The translations under genes and the position numbers were made by a program. Source: Setoptus koraiensis (lineage: Eukaryota > Animalia > Arthropoda). Taken from it: a DNA stretch of 64,000 nt. The notes beneath the pieces were generated by a model, which was not told the origin of the DNA, did no database searches, and saw only the letters and a list, made by a program, of their open reading frames with translations. Below, in pieces: positions 1 through 12,400 of the stretch (its first letter is position 1; each line of letters opens with the position of its first letter). Location of the stretch: positions 23,808,001 through 23,872,000 of the forward strand of contig CM106586.1 of the NCBI GenBank assembly GCA_048013815.1, read 5' to 3'.

Positions 1-1768
1 CGGTCAGTGTTGACAACAAGAACGTTACCGATGCAATTGAGATGGTTATCATGAGATGATGAGAGCGTGTCAGCAACTCTTTACATGGCCAAAATAGATT
101 CTCCAGTACCTCCCTGACAACAAAACACTCAATAGGATATGTCAGCATGATAGTTATGGTGAATAATAGACGAGCTAAATTAGCGCCATAATCATCGAGA
201 CAAAAATTCTCAAATAAATCCCCTTGGCTAAATGATTTAAATGTTGCATAACCAGCAATACCAAATACAACAACTATGAAGCATGATATTCCTACACTTG
301 CGTGTGTCACCTTGTCCCATCTTAATTGTGTCGGATTCTCTAGGCTACCGTACAACAAAAAAGAGCTATGGTGACACATATAAGCAAAACAAATGATACC
401 AATCGATTGTGTGATGTCGTTACCAATAAAAGTGTACGAGTCGTCGTTGGTTCCAACTAGATTTGACATACGATCAAATCTCATTATAACAAACAATGTT
501 ACATAGATGATCAAACAAAGCGACACCATCGACACCTGATAGATAAATCATGTGTAAATTTAAATGATTGATTGTTGGTAGATAAACAAACAATGGTGAA
601 CCATGCATCCGTCTGTCAACAAATAGACATATATTAACATACTGATTAAGTAATGTATAATCGTTAGTTAACTCACCTTCGACATCTTTGCAATATCTTT
701 CTGGAGCGACAGTGGAAGTGTAACAAATATGGTGGATAAAAATACAATAGAATTTCTATTTGCCAGTATGTGGGAGTGGCTCACTGCGGGGGAAATTGTT
801 GAAATCAATCAAAATTGATTAATCAATTAATTAGCATGGATGCATGGATATAACTTTAACTGACAGGGATGCAATTCAATATTAGTTCTTACAAGCGAAT
901 ATCCATCGGAAGACCTTTGTAACGGTGTCGCCAATAATCACGTTGTAACTTATCATTGCTTTTTTGCAATTGTCGATGATTCGATGTGGACGAGACCCAT
1001 TAAAGAAATGTCAAATCAATTAATTGTAGTCAATTAGGATGAACAGTGAAAAACAGTAAAATCTAATCGTTTTAAACATCTATATGAAGTACCAGGTACA
1101 TACCAATGAAAGGGTAAACAAACTGTAACAGTGTCAATAGGTAAAATCCTGGCCGCCCGAACGCCACATGAACCAAATCCTGATAAGATGTTACGCCGGC
1201 CAGGTTGGCTGATTTGACTAATAGACTGAGAGAATAATCTGTAACTATTGCCAAACCAATTAAAAGAAACAAACCAAAACCAAAGCCGGCCTTATGCAAC
1301 GCGTAAGGTATACCAACGATACCTGAACCTAAGATACTGTTCACATAGTTGAGACCAATATGATTCAGACTAGTAGTAGTGGGCCCATCTATTTGCTGAA
1401 TGGTTGCGCCATTGTTTGTTGTGATCAAATTCTTCAAGTCATTTTGGTTGTGCTCGTAGAATTGGCTCTCGATATTGCTATTGTTTGTGGCCTCGGTGGC
1501 CGAGGGTGAGGTGCCACTTATCTGCAAAAATCAAGAGTATGAATGAATAAGAATGAGAATCGATAGTCAGCTATGCAAATGTCAAACAAACATAAGAACA
1601 TGTATATGCAGTGAGGATAGGATTTGTTGTGCGTACCGTCGATAGGTTTGCTGGATTTCTATTTCCATTATCTTGGCTAACACTCTTGGTGCTGCCGTTG
1701 TTATTGTTGTTGGATGACGTAGATATTGGCTTGAGGATGTGGGCCGATTCCTCTCTAGTGGTTGCCAT
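1..1768 (-). CDS. SLC38A11: Sodium-coupled neutral amino acid transporter, SLC38A11-like; 3' end runs off the window. Exons 1768-1637, 1521-1104, 958-893, 783-677, 535-<1
   Basis: Aa_trans motifs NSILGSGIVGIPYALHKAG, AMISYNVIIGDT, LPLSLQKDIAK, FAYMCHHSSFLLYGSL and QGDLFENFC. Four GT-AG introns (115, 145, 109, 141 bp) join in consistent phase. Confidence 0.87.
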
Positions 1769-3695
1769 TTTTAGAGAGTATCCAGTATATTAGATTTGTG
1801 TCTCCTCTATTTTGCCCTGTTCTATAAGTTGTTGGATGTTCGGTCAGTCAAATACGAGAAACAATTGATGCAATGATGTTAGCTGCTATTTTACGTCGTT
1901 TCGTTTGGTGGTTTCGTAAAGTTAATTTTAGCTCTGCGTTGATTTATGATCTGATTAATTGGTTGTGATGACATTAGGGAGATGCCCCCACAAATAGTGC
2001 TCAGATATTTGGAGATCAATAGAGAACAGACAGTGGAAGTGCAAATTGCGGGGTACTCGCAATTCAATCTCAATGTCTATCCATATGGACTATTTGGTCA
2101 TGTGTATGGTGGGCGATTGGCATGTAGCCACCACATCACCGAGACACGCTAGTGTATTAATAATAATACGTGGAAAGGTGTCCTTGTTACGTGCCAAAGG
2201 ATGTACAATATTGCTGAATGGGGGATTTGTTGTCGGTTGTTTGAGTTTGCGTCATGAGCTTATTCGTCGCGTAGCCCGTCATAAGCCTGTTATTCGTCAA
2301 CCATAGAGTTTGAGTTATATAATACACACACTTACACACTAGAAGAACCTCTCTTGCTCCTCACTACTTACTATATGACGAAAACAGGAGCTTGCCGCGA
2401 CAAAATAAAGCTCCCTCGTTTTCTCTGTTTGTTATTACCATGCCCGAAGAACAAGACTGCAAACGAACAAAGGTTCTTAGAAATCAGCCAGTCTATTGAT
2501 ATGTTATCCTGTTATACTTTCGATCATTATGTAATACTATGTTGGAAATGTGTTTGAGAGTGTGACCGTTCATTATTTATGTTTTTTTTATCCTTAATAA
2601 TAATGGCATCCAGAAAGGGCAAAGGTGGCGGTGATGGCGGTGCACAATATATTATTATTACTGTATTATTATTATCATATAAGTTTACTTCTTTCTTTTT
2701 CCGTAGAAGAATTTCTCTGTTGCCAAAATGGGATATGATGAGATTAAATTGTCGATATCGACGAGGAAATTAATAAAATATATACGCCAAAGTGATCTGT
2801 GTTATCTCTTAACGTATACTAACTATGGCTGCTAAGTTGTCGACGAAACATCGAAATATCCACCGAAATCCACAGATTAAATATCCGATGGCTAATGTGG
2901 CCGTCGGAGCAGTTCCATCACTGAGCTCAAGCAGTAGCATGACTTGCCATTTTGACGGTTCTATACCATTGTCAGCGATGTAGTTTCGTCAAGTTCCTAT
3001 CCAATAGGTTAGTACTTCTAGCTCATGTATTGAACTGGAGAAGCAAGAGTAGAATTGATAGAATTGCGAACGAGTCTTTGTTGTTGTCGCTCTTGTTGTT
3101 CTCTCGTTGTCGTTGTTGTTGCTCACGCTCCTCAAAGTTGTTGTTGTTATGTAATAATTCTTTGTTGTGTCGTTACAACAACTATTCACTTCATGTGGCA
3201 AACAGGGCAGTGCTGCCGTTGCAAGTTCTTTGCCATTCCTTTGTAGTTTAGTTATAGTCAGTCTACAAGACTGTCAGTTTAGAGAGCCGACCGACTCAAG
3301 TTGGCTTCGCTCCTTACCTTTTAAGATTTCTCACGATAACGGCTTCGTTGAGAAGAACATAATGCGCTAATGCATCATAGTCAGTCGTATCAATATGGCT
3401 CAAGACAGATAGTAACCCTAATTTTTGTAGCTCTCAAGCAAGTGTTATAAATGCAAGTTCACTTGCAGGAAACCATCATTTGTTGATCATTAATTATCAC
3501 AAGAATAAGTTACATACCTGTAACAAATTGGCTCAAGCTTGATTACTCATGCACATCAGTATCAACAACATGAAATGTCTAGAATATGTAATACACAAAA
3601 TGTATGCATAGATTCCACCAGATATGATTTATTTAGTGGAAAAAACAATGAAAATACAACTATTACATTTTTACAATAATTCCTGAACGATGCCG

Positions 3696-5195
3696 CTATT
3701 GTCTTGAAAATCGGAAAACAGTGCCGCCCGTGTCGCCAAATATCGATCCATTGAAAGAGGCTTGTTGTGGTTTAGTCGACTGCCTCTTGGTTTTTTCCAA
3801 GAAACTCTTCAATTGAGCATAAGATGTATCGCTAGAACCCCCCGAAACATCCTTGATCATTAGCAGATACTTGTACTCTATAAATTTTAGAATTTTTCTG
3901 TATTGTGCACCATAGGTTTGATTTAGCTTTTCTGAAGATTCTTCCAAAAAAGCTCGCAGGACGGTAGCTGTTATCACAGGTTCCGGTTTCGAATTCAACA
4001 TTGCCGCCAACCAAGACCATGCATCCTGGACTCGTCTTTGTTGGCACATGGCTGAATATATCATTGTGAGACTACGCATACGGCCCAAATATTTGTCGTC
4101 TGTCTCCAGTATCTTAGTTTCATGGTTGTAGGTGTAGCCACAAACTATCTTATGCTCAATCTCAGAAAGGTTATCACGAGCCGGATAAAAAGGTACAGTG
4201 TAAGGACAGCGCTGCTGTATGCGCGCAATCAGTAGCTCGCCAAAGAGGGGATAGTTATCTATCAGGCTATTGGCCACAAAAGCTATAGAGGATGTTGTCT
4301 CGGATGGTTTCTTTGAATCGAATAATTTAGGGCCAGTGGTGACAAATGTTTGAGCTGCCAAGTCCAAACAGAATAAAGGTGCTGCTTCATGCTGTCTGGT
4401 GTCAATGTAACGACCCTGAAATTCCACAGTTTTACCGCTAAATATTGAGCTAAGTCTGTTGACGGTATCCTTGAGATGCTGAGGTCCTATGTTAGATATT
4501 GAATTTATTGGTTTCCTAATTAATATTCGAAGATCATCTATATAACTCTTGTAACCTACCTCGTCGGTTAATTTCGAATAGGATGCTTTAGTCCTAGTTA
4601 TAACGTTCTGCAATCTCTGATAGTTTTCTATGATAGACTCATCGGAGAACACGTTCTTAGCTTTTTGTGGGATTGATTCTTGAGGCGCTTCGGCCTGCAG
4701 TTCTGTGGCCAGCGGCTCGTATGTTTTAGTTTGCTCAAGTGATTGATCGACTGATGATTTGATTGTTTCAAGTTTTGCTGGTGCTACAAACAAATTAGAT
4801 GGCTGTGGCTGAGATACAATTGTTGACTGAGCCTGCGTTGTTGCTGTTGGCTGGACTTGTGTTGCCATTGTTGGCTGATTCTGTGGTACTATGGTAGGCT
4901 GGCTGGCAAAGGTAACTTTTGGTCTCCTGATAGAGAGATCTTTGGCTGTTTCTTCGGCTACATTCTTCTCAAATTGTTCCACCAGATCATGGAAAATTTG
5001 ATCCCAATTGTCTTTTCTTTTTTTCATTCTATCCGAGACTCTCTGGGAGTAAGATTGTCTAATGCGATCCATCTGGACATCACTTTCCTCGCTAATGTCC
5101 TTCAATGTTTTTATGGTAACATCACGGAATAACCGTGAACTTCTCTCGTCCATCTTATTCATCTCAAGATGAATGAACTGGGAGCAATCTTGCAT
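3696..5195 (-). CDS. GLE1: mRNA export factor GLE1, single exon, 499 aa
   Basis: C-terminal GLE1 domain motifs FGELLIARIQQRCPYTVPFYP, YLGRMRSLTMIYSA and WSWLAAMLNSKP...TATVLRAFLE; coiled-coil N-terminus. Confidence 0.93.
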   Translation of the reverse strand: MQDCSQFIHLEMNKMDERSSRLFRDVTIKTLKDISEESDVQMDRIRQSYSQRVSDRMKKRKDNWDQIFHDLVEQFEKNVAEETAKDLSIRRPKVTFASQPTIVPQNQPTMATQVQPTATTQAQSTIVSQPQPSNLFVAPAKLETIKSSVDQSLEQTKTYEPLATELQAEAPQESIPQKAKNVFSDESIIENYQRLQNVITRTKASYSKLTDEVGYKSYIDDLRILIRKPINSISNIGPQHLKDTVNRLSSIFSGKTVEFQGRYIDTRQHEAAPLFCLDLAAQTFVTTGPKLFDSKKPSETTSSIAFVANSLIDNYPLFGELLIARIQQRCPYTVPFYPARDNLSEIEHKIVCGYTYNHETKILETDDKYLGRMRSLTMIYSAMCQQRRVQDAWSWLAAMLNSKPEPVITATVLRAFLEESSEKLNQTYGAQYRKILKFIEYKYLLMIKDVSGGSSDTSYAQLKSFLEKTKRQSTKPQQASFNGSIFGDTGGTVFRFSRQ

Positions 5196-5496
5196 TATGG
5201 TTTTGGTATGATAATTTCTAATAGTCCCGAAAAAATATAATATTATTGTTGCTAAGGTAATAAATTTCTATCAATGTAAGGTGTCCTCGTCTATAGAAAA
5301 AGACACCGTTTCTGCATCTACTGGTATGGAAGTCATCAGCTGTACAGATTCGCGCGATGCACGTTCAAATAAAGCGCCAACTTTTATGGTCACCTGATGC
5401 CAATTTCTGCAGCACGCAGTTTCATCGAAACACTCATTTATTATGCTACATATTTTGAAATGATAAAAATCTGCAAGACCTTTTTTTTTATTAATT
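5196..5496. promoter_or_regulatory. Short bidirectional promoter region between GLE1 and ZCCHC8
   Basis: The two start codons are head to head, 301 bp apart. Function is inferred from geometry only. Confidence 0.6.
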
Positions 5497-6447
5497 ATGT
5501 CCAGTACGAAACGATACTTTTTGGAAGATGATGGTAAGGATGGTCAGTCATTTAGGCCGGGAGAAATAAGTCAAGAGCTACGTTTTGCATTGGGGATAGC
5601 ACCCGATAAATTGCCCATATGGATATATAGAATGAGAGCCCTTGGTTATCCACCTGGCTGGCTGAAGAAAGCTCAAGTGTCCTCGTTGAACATGTTTGAT
5701 TCGGACCAAAAGGACGGAACGTCAAATGGATCCAACAAGAGGCGTCATCCGGATTTAGACGAGGGTGAAATTGTCGACGAGACAGCCGAATATGATCATT
5801 CGAGCTTAATCGTATACCCAGGCTTCAACGCCCCCATGCCCGAAGGTGTGATTGATTGTCATTACTACCTGGGTATGCCCTCCATGATGGCTCACCAGCA
5901 ATTAGATTATGCAAAAATTCATCTCAAAACTCCCAAACCTTTACCAAAGTCAAAGCGTCTGAGGACTTCTGAAGTGTCTGACGAGTCCTTCGAAACACTA
6001 GAGACCACTACCGACACTTCCAACAAGCCCACAACCTCAGATTCCCCTAGCTCACCTGATAGCCCTACCAGGATGCCATCGTGTTCGGCCAGCACGCCCT
6101 CCCATGATACAATCAAAATAGACGAAGCAACAACCCCTTCTGGTATATTGAAGAAGATTTCCGAGAGTCACCCCATGCCCAATAACCCCAAGAAGCCCGA
6201 TTTGGAGAAATTTTCCGAGGGCATGAGTGATTTGATATATTTCAACAATTTGCCAAATTACACGGGTATTTTTGATAGAGTAAGAAAAGTACTGAATGAT
6301 GCGCGAAATAAAACACCAGAAAAACAAAGACAGGATACGCCTAAAGTTAGCACCCCATCAGAAACAAGCGCAAATAATGAAATAACTACTATTACTATAG
6401 ATGATGATAGTCATAACGATGATAACGACGATGTTATTATGATATAA
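5497..6447 (+). CDS. ZCCHC8: ZCCHC8-like NEXT complex scaffold, single exon, 316 aa; PSP domain and C-terminal motif, no zinc knuckle
   Basis: PSP motif FRPGEISQELRFALG...IYRMRALGYPPGWLK and C-terminal PDLEKFSEGMSDLIYFNNLPNYTGIFDRVRKVL. In-frame TAA at 5464-5466 upstream of the ATG. Confidence 0.82.
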   Translation: MSSTKRYFLEDDGKDGQSFRPGEISQELRFALGIAPDKLPIWIYRMRALGYPPGWLKKAQVSSLNMFDSDQKDGTSNGSNKRRHPDLDEGEIVDETAEYDHSSLIVYPGFNAPMPEGVIDCHYYLGMPSMMAHQQLDYAKIHLKTPKPLPKSKRLRTSEVSDESFETLETTTDTSNKPTTSDSPSSPDSPTRMPSCSASTPSHDTIKIDEATTPSGILKKISESHPMPNNPKKPDLEKFSEGMSDLIYFNNLPNYTGIFDRVRKVLNDARNKTPEKQRQDTPKVSTPSETSANNEITTITIDDDSHNDDNDDVIMI

Positions 6448-6469
6448 AGGAACTATATAAGTAGTAGGA

Positions 6470-9400
6470 CTATTTGTTGAAATCTCCAAAAAAGTTTAAC
6501 ATATGATGTAAATTAGCATCACAGATTGAATTGGTAGATAAATCCAAAGGATTCCATGTTACGACTAGATTGAGCTTTATGGATCCAGTTTGGTTTAGGC
6601 TTATGGTCATCAACTGACTGTGGGCGGTAAATAAATCTTTTGTTTCGCACAATTTGTTCCCCAGCAAGACCTTTTTGCCCAGACCCTTGCATTCGGACGC
6701 CTTGACCGAAAGAACGTCATTGATGCGAGCCCTGAATATGGCCTCTTTGTGGTCGCACTTTTGTTTGTCTCCTTTAAGTACTCGTATTTTAGTCTTGAAT
6801 TTTTGATTATCTCCATATTTGATGGTGATCTATAGGCCATTTATAAGTGGATAAATTGGATAGATGAGGGTGATGGTAAATTAATATCACATGAATAGTA
6901 CAAATTTTGATAGATAAATTTAGTTATTTTTGGATAGGATTCGCGTGTGTGATTTAGTAGCGCAGAATTAGCTCATTTCATATGCTTATTATCAAGAAGT
7001 GGATGGCGCTGAAAGGGATCTTTATAACTGTGAGACCGAGACTCAAGATTTAAGAGGATACAAGGACTGACGGAGCTGTTGGCCGCATCGCACGGACACT
7101 GGCTACAAATGGTGGCGAGCGCAAAGTAAGTGATGACGGACAAAGAAGCACCTGGGAAACTTCCTATCGGCAATGTACATGCCGATAGAGAGAAAGTGTA
7201 TTTGGCCGTCCGGAAAACATCTCTTCCATAACTATAGTTATGTAGTGAGAGTTGGTTTCTCAATAATTGTGTAACTCGCATTTTGTTGTTGTTGTTGCTG
7301 CTGTTGTGAATCCAATTATTTATTTATAGTATGATGGATAGAGTGATATGAGTGTGAAGAGTGTTCTCCTTTATGGCCTAGAGACTTTTGGCTATATGAT
7401 TGGGAGAATGAGATGATGATTGCGGCTATCAGAGCATGATGGACTCATTAGTAAACATTGCATGACTTAATTTAGCCGAGGCAGCGGCAGCAGCGACGGC
7501 TCGCACAATATATAAGTATAATAGTGATGGTAATAATGATAATAATACCTGATATCTGTTGTTGTTGTTGTTGAGGCAGGGATGCGAGTGATTAAAATGA
7601 AACCATGATCAAAAGTAAAAAATTGCAGCCTGTTTAATTGCATGCCAATGTTTGTTGGCGCTCATCAGTGGACGCGACTCGAATTGGTAGGATCCGCAGC
7701 AACAATTGTAAATCGAGGAATAGCTCGGGCTTTATTTGGGCGCCGTTATTATCCGTCACTCGTGATAATACACCGTGGTGGGGCAGCAATCATCATTTTA
7801 TGCTAGAAATGTCAGTGATGACGCTGGCTGTTTGATGATTGGCCAACAGTGATGACCGACAATTGACCACTACACCTTGTGGCAGCGTTACATGACTCGA
7901 ACAAATGAACAAACGATGCTCAAATGAAATGGCATCACTGGCAAAGGAGCGATGACCGGCGCTTGCACACAACGGTCGCCATTCATCATTTTCACACAAT
8001 TTGGCCAACAATTTTGTGACCAATGGGAACATGAGTCTGGCTATAACTAACGCACATTAAGAAAAAATACTAACTGTGTATGGATAGCTTGCAAAATGAA
8101 TTTACATTCGAGTTTATGTGTCTAGTGTCCATGATGCAAACAGCATCGTAGATATATGAATATATGGCAAAAGGTAAGGCAAACAACAAATGTAATCTTG
8201 TCCCGAAGCTAATATCTTTGCGTCGCTCAATTGCTGTTACGGGATGCCGTGGGCACTCGATGCAACTGGACGTAACTGCGGCCAGTTGCGCCGACAGTCA
8301 CATCGAGCAGCGGTGATTCAGTAGTGGCGGCGCTGACTGATTGAATGACCGGCCGGCCGACAGACGCCCGACCGGCTAAATGGAAATAATAAAGTGTTAT
8401 TATGAATATAAAGACGACGCTCGGTCAGATCAGACAAGCGCTCACCCGACGCTTTAGAGAGTTTGAGAGTCAGCGAGAGTCACAGGATAGATACAAACAA
8501 CAAGTGTCTATTATACAGTCGGAATAAATTAATATATGCTGGCCAGCGCAAGTGTTTGTGTGATATTAATCGTGCCTTTGCTTACAAGATTGACGACCTT
8601 ACACAACAGCAACAGCGACAGCAACGACAACGACAGCGGCAACAACAACAACAACTTACACTAACGGCTTACATAACACATTACATTAGTTGCGTATGGC
8701 CAGATAACGAGCCAGCGATCGGACCGAGGCAAGGCGATGATTTAGACTAATCATAAATCTTGCGACCACCGCTCTACATTATTGGTTTTGCGCTTACAGT
8801 GCGCTTGTTTGCATCATGGCTTGCCCATTGGCAGCCGTTGTTGCTATTGAGTGTTGTCGGTTGAGTTGTTGGAGAGCGACAGTGTTGGCTAGACAGCGGG
8901 CGGCCGGCCGACAACACAGCGAGCGAGCGAGCGTAATCTACTTTGAATAATCTAGTTTGAATCTGAAATAATCTGGCAATGGCGAGCAATGGACGGCGAG
9001 CGAGCCAACACGACATTGAACACAGGACGACTAACAAATGTTAGCTAACAAATGTGTTCAACGGCAACAACCACGACGACAACAAATGATCATTAATGCG
9101 CTACAGCAGTGCATTACGACAGTGTATCACAACAGTGTATTACACAACAACAGTGTGTGGCTGTCACTCGACGGCTCGCTCATAAACTCGGCGACTTTTG
9201 GTGTATCAACAACGAGATATTTGCACACTCATGCACACTAATCAATGCATTGTTGCCCCCGTCTACCTGTCCAATGTGTTCATTTCAGTTTGCTCAATGT
9301 TGCTCTCCCGTGAACCCTTTTGCTCGCTCTTGAGCTCACTTTTCTGCTCACACATCCAGTGGCCGCCACCGATCACTCACTGACGACACATAACTCATTT

Positions 9401-12400
9401 GCATACAATTTATATAATAGGCATAATACAGGCATCGCTGCTACAGCAACAGCAAGTGACAGCCAACGGGACACTTTTGCATCATCGCATCTGGCTCATG
9501 CGTCAGCTATAAATTACCTGTTGTCTGTCCATACAATTTATAGCACATCAAGTATCAAGTGTCTAGGCAACAAGTGGTAACAAGTGCATTGATTTGGGGG
9601 CACACACACTCAACGCTCATTTGCATGTTAATGTGATATGATTATGTAACAAAACTGGTGCTCGTCGCAACCGCAACATTGACTGACTGGCTTTTGTTCA
9701 ATGTATCACAATGTGTGCGTGCTTGCCAACAGATTATAGACAACTCATACAAGTTGCGTAAGCTTGTTTAATGTCACTTATTGTCAACGTTACATTCATC
9801 ATGTCATTATCATCATGTGTGTGTGTGTCCTCAATAATTGTCCAATGTCCTTGTGCCAATTAGCAAACGCTTGACAAGTGTCACTGTTGGCCAGTGGCCC
9901 AACTACCTTGCCTACCTGACAGTGTTAGGCTAACACGTAAGCCGGCTACCTGGTGCCTTTGCTCCAATGAGTGCACTCAAACGGGCACTGACATGACGTA
10001 ACCAGCCACAAAACTACCGTTACTGGTCAGCCAATGATGACATGATGCACCGGCGACCTGCGCATAGATTAGATAGTCATCGTTACGACTGGTAGTTGGT
10101 GGCGCCAAACAGACGCCGACATGACCGACACTGACATAACCGACGCTGACATAACCGACACTGACAAAACGGATGGTGGGTGGGTAACGGGACAGACAAG
10201 TGTGCAGAGCAGCGGGCATGGTTTCGAAAAAGAAGAGCCACTGACAGTTGTGACTTGACTTTTAGACGCGCGCCAGGCAAAACATACAAATGATGCCGTC
10301 GTCAATTAGCGCATTTGGTGTTGCCCGAGTCGCCACCATTCGGCCGAACGGACGATAACTGGTTGCATAACTGGTTTGTGTCGCATTGCAAAACACTTGC
10401 AAGCGTCAAGTGATTGCTTTTTGCCCGCTTTCGCTCACCAAAGTGCAAGTGATGGCCGCTTTACGAGTGCCAAACGGCCTGTCGTTGTTGTTACTGTTGT
10501 TGTTGTTGTGTGCGTCATGTGATCGACCGTTACATAACCGCGCTCATATCGCTTAGATATCGGCCTTATCTGGTGCACAACTGACCGCACAACCGACTGG
10601 CCAGTTGGAGCTAAAGTGACCAGCTGAACAAGACCACCTAGTTGCTCTAGTTGCAACTTGTGCACAACATTGGCAAGCTAGTTGTAGTTGGGAAATTCCT
10701 ACTCATTAGGGCTCACACACAAATTAGTTGGCAGTCGTATTAGCTGTGGCCGGAATAGTCGCTTACGATAAAACTGTGCGAACGAGTCTCGACAAACGGA
10801 TTGCTCGTTACAACAACTCGACAGTTACAACTCAAGGTGTTGCGACTCTCAAGAGCCAGCCTGTCGAGTTGAGGGTCTCGGCATGTTGAAAGGCAAACGG
10901 AGAAGAAGAGGTTTGTCTCTCAAAAGTTAGTTAGTGGCATCGTTGAATACTATTCAATGAATGGAGTCAGTAAATTGTATTGCGAGCGTAGTAAAATATT
11001 GCAATAGAGAGAGAGTGACAACAATTAGCGTTTACACAAGCGCTTTAATCTTGTGACGAGTTTTTAAGGCATGCAACTCAATGCAAATTGACATTGCATT
11101 CAATTTTCAATTGCATCGCTCTGATATCGGTCTGATATGAGTGTGACATGACGCTCCGATTGAAAGTCGCTGTGAGCGAGTGTCGCCGTTCAAGGTTACG
11201 CAACACGAATTATTATAATACCAGCATTATAATGGCAGTGATACAATATTAAGCGGGGGCATGCATACACACGACGCCAATTGGCAACAATTGCAACAAC
11301 AACAGCGACAGCGGCAACAACAACAGCGACAACAGGCGTCTATTCATTGAATTACGTCGAGGGCCAGCTCGTTGTTATAAGTAGCCGTCGGATAATAACA
11401 TTGCCATTGTTAACAAATTCTATTTGTGATAATATGTCTATATAAAGAGCGCACAAAGACGAGGCGACGACGACGAGTGAGCGGGCGGCCGGACTCACAA
11501 TTGAGTTTTAACTAAAAAGTTTCGACTGAAAAGTTTCGGCTGAAAAGTTGCGACCGAAGAGTTGCGACCGAAGAGTTTCGACTGAAAAGTTTCGAGAATG
11601 GAAACGAGCGCACGAATAAATAAATAGGCGCAACAATTATGGTTATGATAAACAAATAACGAGCCACGATCGCTCGTTATTTGGCTCTCTCGCCGGCCGT
11701 CCAGCCATCGAGCCCAACAGCCAGCCCAAGAGCCAGAGAAGCCCCCATTTCGCAAACACTTTGCATCGGCCGGGCGAGCCGAGCTGGCGTGCAACCGTTA
11801 CAACAGCGACACATTGACACTGAAAAGTTGATTGTCGATCTGTGTCTCTCAACTTGTATCTGTGGCTGTTACAAGTTGTTGCCAGACAGTGTCTTGACCG
11901 TCGCTTACAATGGACAGCAGCGACAGTGAAAGCGAACTCGCTTGCACTTTGCGAGAGTCGAGAGTCGCCAATCGGGACAGCGACAGAGTCAATTGTCGAT
12001 TGTTTGCCTTGGTGTGTCTAATTGCAGATCTGGCTGCCAGTCGACATGCTAAACACGCCAAACGGGACAGAGCGAAAAGAACGACAATGAGCGAACGTTC
12101 GGTACGGATCCGAACGTAACGGGGATGCGTATTTGTTGCGTATATCAGCGCCATTTGTTGGCAATCCGCCTTTTCGGTTATTTCAAATAACTTATTTGTC
12201 GGCCGCGCAGTTGGCAATTATAAACTTGATCGCACAAGCTCATTTGCTCGCTTGCTCACTTGCTCACTTGCTCATCTGCTCACATGAACCAGCGAGACAG
12301 CGAGACGGCGAGAGAGAGCCAAATGAGCAATTGCAAATAAATAATATTGCTGGCTGGCAAATAATATCGTTGGCCCGCTTGCTAATCATAATGTCAGTGT

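Noticed and set aside
2812-2850. Partial matches to miR-iab-4 (ACGTATACT) and miR-981 (GTTGTCGACGAAAC)
   Set aside because: Only 9 and 14 nt match, the miR-981 seed is mismatched, and no precursor hairpin is evident.
1850-3600. Short ORFs and splice-like signals between SLC38A11 and GLE1, including LLNEAVIVRNLKR (superficially like a myosin-head segment)
   Set aside because: No coherent exon chain or recognisable domain could be built; all frames are interrupted. A small gene is not excluded and needs RNA-seq.
6973-8032. ORFs 6973-7281(-), 7638-7835(+) and 7793-8032(-) near the end of the RIPOR intron
   Set aside because: No recognisable family, and the RIPOR alignment is complete without extra exons.
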